DNA from: Podarcis gaigeae
Lineage: Eukaryota
Reading direction: 5' to 3' (one strand)
DNA: 64,000 bases
NCBI GenBank assembly: GCA_964106915.2
Contig: OZ066914.1
Made by a program: the position numbers and the translations under genes
Notes under the pieces: model-generated
Told to the model about the DNA's origin: nothing
Seen by the model: only the letters and a program-made list of their open reading frames with translations
The model's database searches: none
In this document: positions 46,001 to 58,000 of the stretch, piece by piece
Numbering within the stretch: the first letter of the stretch is position 1
How the letters are laid out: every line of letters begins with the position of its first letter

Positions 46001-49000
46001 GGAGGGCAACTGGACTGTAGCCCTAATGTGCTGCCCTTCATTTCTGCAGTCCCATCAAGACTTTTGAATATCTGAATATCAGCATGCGTAAGCTTAGATT
46101 AAGCAACAAGGCCGGCTCTTCTATTCTGGCCAGTGGATATGATACGTCATGGTCCCTTGGGTCGGATATTCTATAGGATATGTGAATTCTATCCTAGTAT
46201 CCTGGATGTCCTTGTAGGTCAGGGACAGCATTATCTGAGGACGAGCTCTGAGTGAATCTTCCTCTTTTGCAAGAGATACTGGTGCAAGGGCATTAAAACC
46301 CTGCTGAGTCCTAGCACTGAAAACTGTTTCTAGGAATGAGCCCCAGCGCAGAGAAAGCCTCAGCCCTTGTTCTCCTGCAAAGGAATGCCCACCTAGCTCA
46401 TTAATCCTGTGGCTCTTTTGCAGCACGATATTGAGATGCTGGACCCACGAGGCCGAACGCCCCTGGAGCTGGCCGTGTGCCTGGGGAACCTGGAATCTGT
46501 CCGGGTGCTGTTGCGACACAATGCCAGTGTGGGCCAGGAGAATGCCAACGGCTGGACAGGTATGAAGGTTCAGTGGGCAAGGGTATGTGCCCCATGTTAG
46601 TCCGTTTCAATTTCTGTCTCCTCTGCTTAAAGCTGGGGTGAGTTGCACTTACAACTTCCACGCTGGCTGTAGGCTGATGGGAGATGGAGTCCAACAGAAC
46701 CTGGAGAGCCACATGTTCATCAGGATCATCAGGCTGCACGACTGTGAAACGCCTTCTGCTTGAGACCTTGCAGTGCTGCCGCCTAAAACTGGGCTCAATA
46801 ACAGTCGTTCATATTGAAGCATCTCCTTATATCCTAGGCAAGGGGGGGAATAGAAGGAATGTGTTGAAAGGGTTGTTGTGAAAGCTAAGCAAGGGAAGAC
46901 AGCAGTTAAGAAATGAAAGACCTGAGGCATGAGGGCTGTGGTTTTGAGGGGTAAGCAACACGAATGAAAGCCAGAGTCCAGTGCTTAGGCCAGTATTGGG
47001 GTAATATGTGTGCTTTGAAGGCAGAACTCTTCCCGGCACTTTTGTTTAAGGCACCTATTCTTGCTTCTCTGGCTTAAGTTTCTGGAGCCTTGCTTTGCCC
47101 TGCCTAGGATGGTAGAAGTTTCCCTGGGAACTGAGCACTGATTGGCATGATACCTGTGGCCTTGGCAGCCAGACATGTCCTTTTGGCAGATCAATAGGCT
47201 GTCTGCTCCTGGTTGGGAGTGAGGTTAGAGGAGAAACTCGTTTGGACTTGAGAGATGATGGGCACAGTGAGTGGGGCCAAGAAGCCAAATACTGATTTTT
47301 CCCTCTGCCTCTTTAGTCCTGCAGGAGGCAGTAAGCACAGGGGACCCAGAGATGGTGCAGCTGGTGCTCCAGTATCGCGATTACCAGCGGGCCACACAGC
47401 GCCTAGGCGGCATCCCAGAATTGCTCAACAAACTGCGCAGAGTATGTACTGTCAACTTCAGTCCTTGTGTATTTATCAGTGTCTACGGATTTTATTATAG
47501 GGGTGCCCAACCTGTACTCTTGTCAGGACCCCTGGTGAAGAGAGAAAGAAATCTTGCCAAATCTGCCCTCTCTTAGGATCTTATTGGAATCTCCTTTTCT
47601 TTCTAAAACTCTGGTTGTGTTTGTGTTAATTAAAAGCCACAACCCTCTCTCTGGATACTTCTTCCGTAGAGCACCAACATTAAGTTCCTCACTTTTGTGT
47701 GGGCACAGAACCATTGCAATTTAACCATTCCTATGTTCTTCTAATGCATACTTCAAGAAGGTAAACACTCTTGTCCCTCCCACATTCCCTTGCGAAGGGG
47801 CTTATAAGACAAAGCATTTGAACAGCATGGTTTCAAGATGACAACGGTAGCAGTTACTCTGCATCCCAGAAGCATCAACCCTCTTCTCCTTTAAGCCCCC
47901 TGGGATGCTCCAAAGCACTCTTGGGTTTTCTAGCTAGCAGTTGCTAGATCTAATTGAACTCCCATTGGCAAAGTGTGACTCTTAATAAGATTACGGTCAC
48001 AGCAAAATGTAGTCCCTTTAGAGAACAGGGATTGCTGTTCTCTCTGCCCCTTCTCTCACTTGCAGTGCTCTGCCCCCTCACTTTGGTTCTCCATCTCCAC
48101 AGGCTCCTGATTTCTACGTGGAGATGAAGTGGGAGTTTACCAGCTGGGGTAAGTCAGTGCTTCACTTCTGGGAGTGGTCCGAGCAAGTGACAGGAGAGAG
48201 CTATCCAATAAGGGAGGAGTTTGGCCTGGGGAAATGATGCAGCTCAGAAAACCTCCTGAGCTCAGAAACATAGACGACATTTTGAGGAAGAAGGAAGCAT
48301 TCTCCTTTCTCTGTGGTGGGTGCCGTGGCTTCACCAAGGAGCAGAATCCGTGCTATTGACACGTGGTGTCCTAGTCGTGCTCCAGAGATTAGAAGTGTGA
48401 CACTCTGAAGGAATGAGGTGATGTCAGGCAGAGAGGGCAAGAAGTACCTCTCAGCCGTGAGACTCATTGGGTACTTTGGAGCATGTCGCTTTCTCTCAGT
48501 TTGACCTTCCACACAGAGGCAATGGTGCCTCTCTGAAGGGCTGTAGCTCAGTGGGAGAGCACCTGCTTTTCACACAGAAGATCCCAGGTTCAGTCAGGCA
48601 TTTCTATGTAGGGCTGGGATAGGCCTCCCATGGAGAAGGAGAGCTGCTGATAGTCGATGTAGACAACACAGAAATTGATGAACCAGTGGACCAGATGGAT
48701 CAGTATAAGGCAGCTCCCTGTGTTTCTGTGGGTGAGGTACAAATGTGGCAAACAAGTAAATGATGCTAAGCAATGTTCCCGCTCCCTCTGCTCCCTCTCT
48801 TCCTCTCCGTCACCAGTGCCCCTGGTCTCTAAGATATGCCCAAGTGACGTGTACCGGGTGTGGAAGCGTGGGGAAAACTTGCGGGTTGACACCACCTTGC
48901 TGGGCTTTGAGCACATGACCTGGCAGCGGGGCCGCCGCAGCTACATCTTTAAAGGCGAAGGTCAGAATATCTCTTTTCTGGGGAGATGGGTGCGTGCTTG

Positions 49001-52000
49001 GCGAGGTGGGGGGGGGGCTATGATACTGACTGCTTTTCTCTCTGTTGCTCCCCCACCCTCTTTTCTCCTTCCCCTCATTGGCCAGATGAGAATGCTGTGG
49101 TGATGGAGGTTGACCACGACAAGCAGGTGGTGTACACTGAAACGTTGTCTCTAGCCTTGCATGAGCCGGAGCTGATGCTGGCTGCCATGCAGCCTTCCGA
49201 GGAGCACGTGGCCAGCCGGCTCACTTCGCCCATCGTCTCCACCCACCTGGATACCAAGAACATTGCCTTTGAGCGGTGAGCTGGGGCAGGGGGAAGGGTA
49301 GCGTATGGGTCTGTGTGAACCGTGTGCTGCTGCTGCTGTCGCTGGTTGTTAACCCCGATGACTATATGCTGCCTCCAGGATCAGAGACAGCCGCATGCTG
49401 CTCAGAACACCGGAATTGTCAGGGGACAGTAGCGGGAGAGGGCTATTGGCATCACGGTTGCTGGCATCTGATTGGTCCAGAGGCATCTGATTGGTCATTG
49501 TGGGAAATGGGATGCTAGACTAGAGGGACTATGGATGTGATCCAGCTGCAGGGCTCTTTTTATGGTACAGGATGAGGCCCATGAGACCAAAGCTGGGAAG
49601 GATGAAGTCTGCCCAGGCCCTCGAGCATCAACTAGTTTTGCGAGAAAAGAGGGGGACCAAGGCCCCAGCTTCTACTGCCATAGATGTCTGCAGCCCTGTT
49701 ATCACATATGCCCCATCTCCCCTCAGAGGAGAGACCTCCACTCGCAGCTCCCTAGTCCAAGTCTTTCAAGGGCGGGGTCGGGAGAGGTGAAGGTAAGGTG
49801 TGTGTGAGAGAGAAAGTGACATTTGATGAGCTGGTTATCTTTTAGGCTGAAGAGTATGAGGTCATTCCAAGTCTGAAAAGGGTTGGAAGAGATGAAGCTC
49901 CATTGTAGCAGTGGTGTTTGAGAAAGTGGTTATCTTTAGGCTGCATTGGTGGGGGGGCAGCTGAGGTCTGCAATGGCAAACTCTATCGCTCTTGACCAGA
50001 GGGCTTTCCTCTCCAGGAACAAGTCTGGCATCTGGGGCTGGCGCTCTGAGAAGATGGAAAACATCAGCGGCTATGAAGCCAAGGTACAACTCTTCCCCCA
50101 TTCCTGTTCCTTATGTGTGTAAATCTGAAAAATTCAGCAAAGTTTAGCTTAGCTTCACTGCTTTGAGGAATCAGGGCTTGTGTTGGATGGGACCAGGTGA
50201 TATCAACGGTCTCTTTGTCATTTTTCCAGGTTTACAGTGCCAGCAACGTGGAGCTTGTCACCAAAACCCGTACTGAGCACCTGTCAGACCAGGACAAGAC
50301 ACGCAACAAAGGTAAAAGCAGATGTTGAACTGCCTCCAGTTGTGACTTGGTGTGTTGACTCATCCAATGACCCTTCATGCTGCTAGGGATTATTTTACCC
50401 TACAATTCCCAGAACTCCGATTAATTGTGTGCTGCACTTGCTGTTTGGCGGCTGCTGACTGCCCTTTGACCACAAGTGACTTGTCCTCATTAGTCATGAA
50501 GTGCTCCTCCCATTTATAGGCTTCACCTGGTGGTTAAGAGAACAAAAATGACAGCAGCGTATACTGAATATTGGCCTGGTCTATATGTAACGCTCAGCTG
50601 AACCATGGCTAAGCAAGAATGAAAAATTGCACAAGTGCACCGAGCAAATATTGCTGCCACTTCATTCCTCCCTGATTCCGCTGCCTAAGAAGCAACAGGA
50701 TAGATATGGATTTTGGCTGTTGTCCTGTGTAGACAGCTTTCCAAACCACTGGTGGGAGAGGCAGAGTAAATGGGAATATGTACACAGCATAACTGTAGGA
50801 GTCACTTTCTTTTTTAATCTGCTGCCTCTGCCTCTTTTATCTCTTATCAATGACTGTTTTGCTGCATTTTCCTTGGATTTTGTCGTTCTAATGTTACTAG
50901 CCGCCTTGAACATTGCTGTGTAAAGGCACTCTAAAACTATTTCAGATAAATAAAAATAAGATAACAAATAAATTGCACTAAAGTGGTGGAGGTGGTGGTA
51001 GGTTCTTTGGAGAGAACTCATTCACTTAGATATCCTCCTTTTGTCTTCCAGGTTCTAAGACTCCATTCCAGTCCTTCCTGGGAATCGCCCAGCAGCATGC
51101 TGCCCAGAATGGGGTGAGTGACCAGGTCAGATCCTGTCCATCTATGGGGAAAGGAGATGCTGGCCCAGCCACACAAATTTAGCCTAGGGGTACATGAGGT
51201 GGGGAAGCAGATCACAAGGGGGATATGCCAGAGAAGGGATTGTGTGGCTCCAAAGTGTTGGTGTTCTAGTTCCTGCCCAGATCCAGACCCCGATCCTCAC
51301 TTTTGCAGGCTCCTGTGCTGCAGTCAGCCAGTCCAACCAACCCAACGTCTATTACCCCTGAGGAATACTTTGACCCCAACTTCAACCTGGAGTCCCGCAA
51401 TATTGGCCGCCCTATTGAGATGTCCAACAAGGTGCAGAGGTGAGAAGGATGGGGGATACTGCATGGATTGGTGGGGTGGGGTCAGAAATGGAAGAAGATG
51501 TCAGGATGTGACAGCTGGCACGTAACTCCTACAAAAGGTACTCATTTTTTCCAGAGAAAGGTAAGAAACAAAAGGTGGAGGAAATAAAAGCATGTCCCTG
51601 CAAATAATTCACCCGTGTAGGGGAGTTGCAGGCCCAGTCTCTCCGTGGGCAGGTGTTGGGGGCAGGGAGCTGGAGGAATCTCCAGGAAGACTAACATGCT
51701 CCTTGTGTGACAGGTTCAAGGCCACTCTGTGGCTCTGCGAGGACCATCCCCTCTCCCTGGTGGAGCAGGTGACGCCTATAATTGACCTGATGGCTATCAG
51801 CAACGCCCACTTTGCCAAGCTGCGTGACTTCATCACCCTCAAGTTACCTCCTGGCTTCCCTGTCAAAATCGGTGAGAGGTGTGAAGCCTGGCTGGTTGGG
51901 GGGGGGGACATTATCTACTCAGGGTGGGGTGGGGGGCATGGAGACAAGCTGACGGGAGGCAGATCAAGAGGGGAAGAGAGAAAAAGGAAGGCAGAGAATG

Positions 52001-55000
52001 AAGCTGTGGGGCTACGCCTCTCCAGACATTCTTTCTGTTGTATATCCATAATGATTTGTGCTCATGAAGGTATTGGGGTAGTTCATACACAACCTTGCTT
52101 TCAATGTCATTTGTGCCTGCAAAGGTTTCAGAGCGGACCTACTGCTTCATTTCAAATTGGTGAAATCCTGTAACGTTTCATACCTCAAATGTTCTTGGGT
52201 GGGTACAAGAGTGCCCCTCCAGAGGGCAATAATGCAATAACTTTGGGAAAACATCTCAGAACAACTAATAAAGCAGAATGATGTCTGCTATAAATGCACC
52301 ACCAATGCGCTATTATTGCAGAATACACCTACAAAAAAGAAAAACCTAGATCCATCTGCACTTTAAGCAGTATCCTACCACTTTGAGCAGGCATGGGTTG
52401 TTCCTCCCCCCAGGAATCCTGGAAACTGTAGTTTGAGGGTTCTATGGATTGTTAAAGAGTTCCCTCTTCTCTTCACAAAGCCAAAATTCTCAGAGTGGTT
52501 TAACAATCAGCCCCTCTTTCCAGGGAACTCTGGGAATTGCAGGTATGTGAAGGGAATAAGGATCTCCTAATAACTCTCAGAACCCTTAACAAATTACAGC
52601 TTCCAGAATTCTTGGGGGGGGGGAGCCATGAATGTTTATATTTAAAGCTGTATCATACTATTTTATAGTGCAGTCCCCAATTTGGAGAAACCCTCAGCCT
52701 TTGTTGTGGGGAAAGGGATAATGTCCTAGAGAGGGGAGTGGTCACGAGGGAAGTGGTCACGAGTGGGGAGAGAGGGGAGTGGTCACGAGTGAGAAGCTTG
52801 AAAATAGAGGTTTACCACCCCCCCCAACTTTCCTTTGTACATTTTCTTTCTTTTCCCCAGAAATCCCCCTCTTCCACGTGCTGAATGCCCGGATCACTTT
52901 TAGTAACTTGTGCGGCTGTGATGAGCCGCTGAGCTCAGTGCGAATCTGTACTCCCACCCACACCCCAGAGAGCACCGAGGAGCCGACTGCTGGGGCAGAG
53001 GCAGCCAACAACACCAAAGGTAGGAGGAGCAGGATGGGGTGGGAGCCAGGGTCAGGACTTCCAACAGCTAATCTAAACCTTGGGGGAGGGGGGAGAAGAT
53101 TGGAAGAGGTGGAGGATGTTCCCGCAGGCTGGGAGAGGGAGGGAGGCAGCATTAGGGTGCAGTGGTTGTGAGCCCACATTGCAGAACTGGGAGACAACAG
53201 GGTTAAGGAGGAGATGTGAAAGTGTAAGATGTCTGAGTGACTGGAAAACGGGTGACTCCTGTGGAAGGGAAAGCATGCTTTCTAGAACTGACACATCCTT
53301 CTCCATGATCCCGCTACTGACCATCACATTTTAAAAATGGACATATTGGCTCAATATGTTTATCGTCATTTTTAAAAAACATCAAGTCTTTCCACTTCAA
53401 GAATGCTAGCACTGCCATGTTCCTTTTGTTTCCCATTGATGTGCCTGAGAAAGTGGGAGCTATGCCTGCTTGTTGCCACCTTTAGGCTCATGTAGACAAC
53501 CTGTGTATTCAACTTTTACCCGGATTTGCTTGCGCAAAGCTTACACGGAGGTTAGATTGTATCTGGTTTTTATTGAGCATTCATTCTGATTGGTTTGTGG
53601 GCCAGCTCTGCCCCAACAAGCATTCGTCCCACATTCATCCCGATTTGCTTGCAGGCTGTTGGTTTGGCTTCCCTGCAATTTTCAGTGCACTTCCCTACCC
53701 CTTCCCAAACTGCTAAAATGCTGGATTCTTTTTAAAACAGCATTTTTTTTGTGCGAGGGCAACAGAGCCCTTCAGTCCACTTCAGTTGCGCAAACCTAAA
53801 TTTCCGGTGCGTGTTGAGTCTCTCCTGCAAAGTAGTGACCATCAGGAGGGACTTTTTGTTAAAGAGGCCCAGCCCATTTGCTGCATGCCTTAAGCCCTAG
53901 GGAGATGTCCTTTGTCCTTTTTAAGAGCCCTTTTCATGGGTGGAAAAAGTGAGGCAAAGATGAAGGGACTGGTCTTCGGTGACACAGGACATTGCAGAAG
54001 TGCTAACCATTGTTCTCCCTTCCTCCCCCAGTGTACCCTTTCCCCTGCGAGGTGGACCCATCAGTTTTTGAGGTGCCCCAGGGCTATACAATGTTGGGCG
54101 CAGGTCGTACAGAGCCCATGCGGGACGAGGATGATGACTTGCTCCAGTTCGCCATTCAGCAGAGCCTCCTGGATGCTGGCACAGAGACAGACCAGGTGAT
54201 TGGGAAGGCGGAAACTTGCCTGCACTGGGGTGAAAACAGGTCCATTATAGCAGGCAGGCATGACTAACTGGTTCTTGGAGGGAGGGCACATGGTGCCCGG
54301 ATGGTTGTGCAGGGACCAAGTAGAGGTTGGATTGAGTGGTGTAGCAAACTAACTCCCAGTTGTTGGCACTCAGAGTGGAGATAATTCTTGGCTGCCACTT
54401 ATAAATGTAGCACTGAGTGCTTTGCAAACCTTGATCTCATTAAGGCTTTTACATCCCAGTAGGAACTGGTGATTATATATTTCCTTTTTGCATGTGTGTG
54501 TGTGTTTGTGTGAGGGGGTGGAACCTGAGGCCATCAGATTATGGCTTGCCTCAGACCTCCCAGAGAGTCCATGGCTTAACCAAAGCATTATGGCTTATTA
54601 TTTTAGCATTATTCCAAGTCCAAGCCTCAAATTATTACCTGCTACAGCAGGAGCACACACCCATTCTGCCTCTTTGCTATCGGTTTTAGCATATTCATTC
54701 TTGTGTGTTACACCAGGTGACCATCTGGGAAGCTCTGACCAACACACGGCCAGGATCCAATCCTCCGTCCTATGATGAGGAGCTACAGTTGGAACGGTGA
54801 GTGTTTCCGTAGCAAGAAGGAAGAGGTTGTATTACGAATTCAGTTCTGCAGCCTGTACGTTAAGGTGTATTATTTTCTAAAACCTACTTTGTGGTCACTT
54901 GGTCCACCCACCAGCAGCAATTCCATCTTAGCTGGATTGAGCTTCAGTCTTGCCAGGCCTCATCCACACCCTCACTGCTTCCAGATACTGTTTCAAGGAT

Positions 55001-58000
55001 TTCACTGCCTCAGTGGGGTTTAAGGAAAAGCAGACAGAACTGAGCAGGATCTCCACATCCTCACAGGACCTCTCCCATTGGCTGAATGCAGTGTTCTTCC
55101 CCAGCTGTTTTCCTTCATATTCCACTATAAAGCGGGGTGCAGGGCCTCTTCCTCGGTCACCTCACATTCCCCTTCTCTCATCCTTTCTTACCAAGCAGAA
55201 TGGGAATGCCCTCTTGGGGAACATGATGGCAATGAAGGAATTGGGGCGTGCCTGAATTAGCTTCCAGTGCGTCACCCATGAATGGAGTTTGCCTGCTTGT
55301 AAGCGATATACCCGTCTATCTGGGAGATCCCCAGGAATTGGCATAGGTGCTACGAGAAACTGAGCTTGGCATAGTTCAATTGTAAACACTTTGAAGATGG
55401 GTAAAAATCCTCCAGCTCAAGCAGATGCAAATGTATTTGGAGAAATTTCCCCTCTTCAGCCTTCCTAGTTGTGGGTGTTGTGTGGACCTAGCTGGTTTTC
55501 CTACCACCTCCTCTCACCTTACTCTCTCATGCATTTGGCCACTCTGCCTAGTATGAAGTGTGATTGTTGATCTGTCACGTGGATCTTCTTCCGCGTGAGG
55601 AAAATAAGGCTGTCTTGATGTACAGCTTTATATCCTTCTGGGGGCATGGATGGGGGCTTTTTTGGGAGGCGCTTGTGATATTTCACATTCAGCTGTAAGA
55701 TTCCTCTGTGAGTTTTTGCAACGGTGCCAGTTCTTATTTCTAATAATAATTTGAAAATCTCTTAAACAATTGCAGTCTGCCAGTGGGTGGAAAGCAAGCA
55801 CCACCCGCTTTCCGGCACCAAATGGAGAACGGTGCCAACAGAACTGAGAAAGCTGAGAGAGCCTGAAGGAAGTTTTTTGGTATGAGTAACCACCCATTGC
55901 TCTACAAGCACAGAGCTTCCTTAAAATTCAGCAGTTGAGAGAAGACTCAAGGCACATTTGCACCTATGCTCTCAAGCAGCAGGAATTTACTCCCAGCAGT
56001 AACTTCTGAGATAACAGAATTTTAGAGTTGTGGGGTTGGAAGGGGCCACATGGGTCATCTAGTACAACCCCCTGCAATGCAGGAATTTAGTTTGTTTCTT
56101 CTGTGTTGTCAACACTGCAGTTTAGTTTACTCCTACTATTCAGGCAGTGCAGACAGCCCCTGTGTCTACTCAAACGCTATCTCAGGACCAAATAACATCA
56201 GCCATTCCATTAAGGGTTCATTGGCCTGTGCATCTTTTCATGTGACGTATGCTGTCATCTGCTGACAATGTCGTTGTTTACATGGGTCAGACTGCTCAGT
56301 TGTGACATGAAGGAATAAACAGACACAAATCAGACATGAAAATAGTCACAGAAGCAAAGGCAAGAGGAGCATTTCAGTCTCCCAGAACTTATTGAAACAG
56401 ACCTTGAGGTCCCCTCCTTAAAAGTACAAGCAGACCACAAAGTTTCAAATGGCAATTCTTGTGTGAGACCAGACGGGGGGGGAGGGGCTGTTCTTTAATT
56501 TTTCTTACATTTATATCCCACCTTTCTTCTAGTATACAGATGGTTCCCAGGTGGTCTCCCAGGCACTGACCAGGCTCACACCTTCAGCAAAGAGGTGGCC
56601 TTAGGTGCTTTCAGATCACTTCAGCCATTAGCTGAAATTCATCACCAAGTTTGCTGCAGTGAAACTTGGACTTGATGAAGACCAGGAGTGGTTAACTAAC
56701 ATATTTGCCTTTCTTTTGGTCTTTATTTACGTGATTCGGCTTGCTATGCCTAGTCACCCCAGCAGATCCTTGTTGAGAAAGAGTCACACCTGCTCTGAGT
56801 GGGTCCACCAGATACAATCAAATGAATGTAGTTTTATTTGTGCTCTGGCTAGTGTTGTGGCAAACCTGCTGCTATCTTTTGTATTGCTTGTGGTGGGGAG
56901 GTTGGCCTCACCTTGTGGAAAGAAAGGTTCACTCTCTACTTTGTGGGTAGGTTCCCACTTTGGCAGCCACTCCATCTAACAAAATGGGCTTTAGCCCTCA
57001 AAAAGTTCATGATGCAAAATGGCCACAGTCTTTACAATACCACAAGATGCTTTATTCTCGTCACTGAAACAGACTGCTTGTGCAAAATTGCCCTGGCAGT
57101 AATCTCAGCAGTAAACGACAGCTGTTTTGAGAGAATTGGTGTGAACATTCCCTGCACTGATCCAGAACTGGTACAAGCCCTTTGCTGAGGTGCAGAGTAT
57201 AGCAGTGTAGGTAAGAGCACACATAGACTGCATCACGGGAGATCCTTCAGGCTTCTTGTAGGGCATAGAAATGCACAAGGAGTGAAAACCAGGGAACAAA
57301 CGGGGGGGGGGGGGGAACCCCTGGGTCGTTGCGTGGCCTGTGCAGGCAGAGAGACGTTTTCTTCACTACAAGCAGTAGCCTCTTCCCCTTTCTCCTACAT
57401 TTCCTGAGTTGCTGCCCAGCAGGGAACCCACCCACAGTTGTGATGCAACGCAACAATCTGGGAACAACAGGAAGAAAAAACACAAGCCTTTCAAAGGCTA
57501 GATGACTGCTGTTTATCCAATCCAGATAAGATGGAAAAATTGTTGATGGGTACCTAATGCCTATGTCCAGAGAATGCTATTCAGTCTGTTCTACATAGGA
57601 TTATACTCTGAAGAATACGGTTTAGGGGGCTTCTACACCCCACTTTCTCACTAGAGGCCCAGGTGGGACAGAGCACCAGCTTGTGGCTCTGCCCTGGGCA
57701 AGGGGGTAGCCTATACTTTGGGTTTCCATTCCCTGGTAACTTCAAGGCTTGGCTACTGAAATAAATTCTACACGGGAGTACCTTTGAAAACTGCCCAGTA
57801 ACTGTAATTAATGCAAAATGCAACTACTAGACTGTGAAATGGGACCAGTTGTTTCAAACGTATCACCAACATTTAAACAACTGTACTGGCCCCTGGTTCA
57901 TTTCTGAGAGCAATTTGAAGTGTGGGGCTTGGGGCCTGAAGAGTCCCCTAATCACAAGATAAGCCTTTCCATGAAGTAAGGTCAACTTTGGAGGGTTGAG

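Noticed and set aside
48538-48610. tRNA-like sequences here and at 33977, 61398 and 61992
   Set aside because: SINE heads without a complete cloverleaf, each followed by a SINE body
56314-56319. Intronic AATAAA that could truncate ANKRD13D before UIM3/4
   Set aside because: No GU/U-rich downstream element, and isolated hexamers are common in introns
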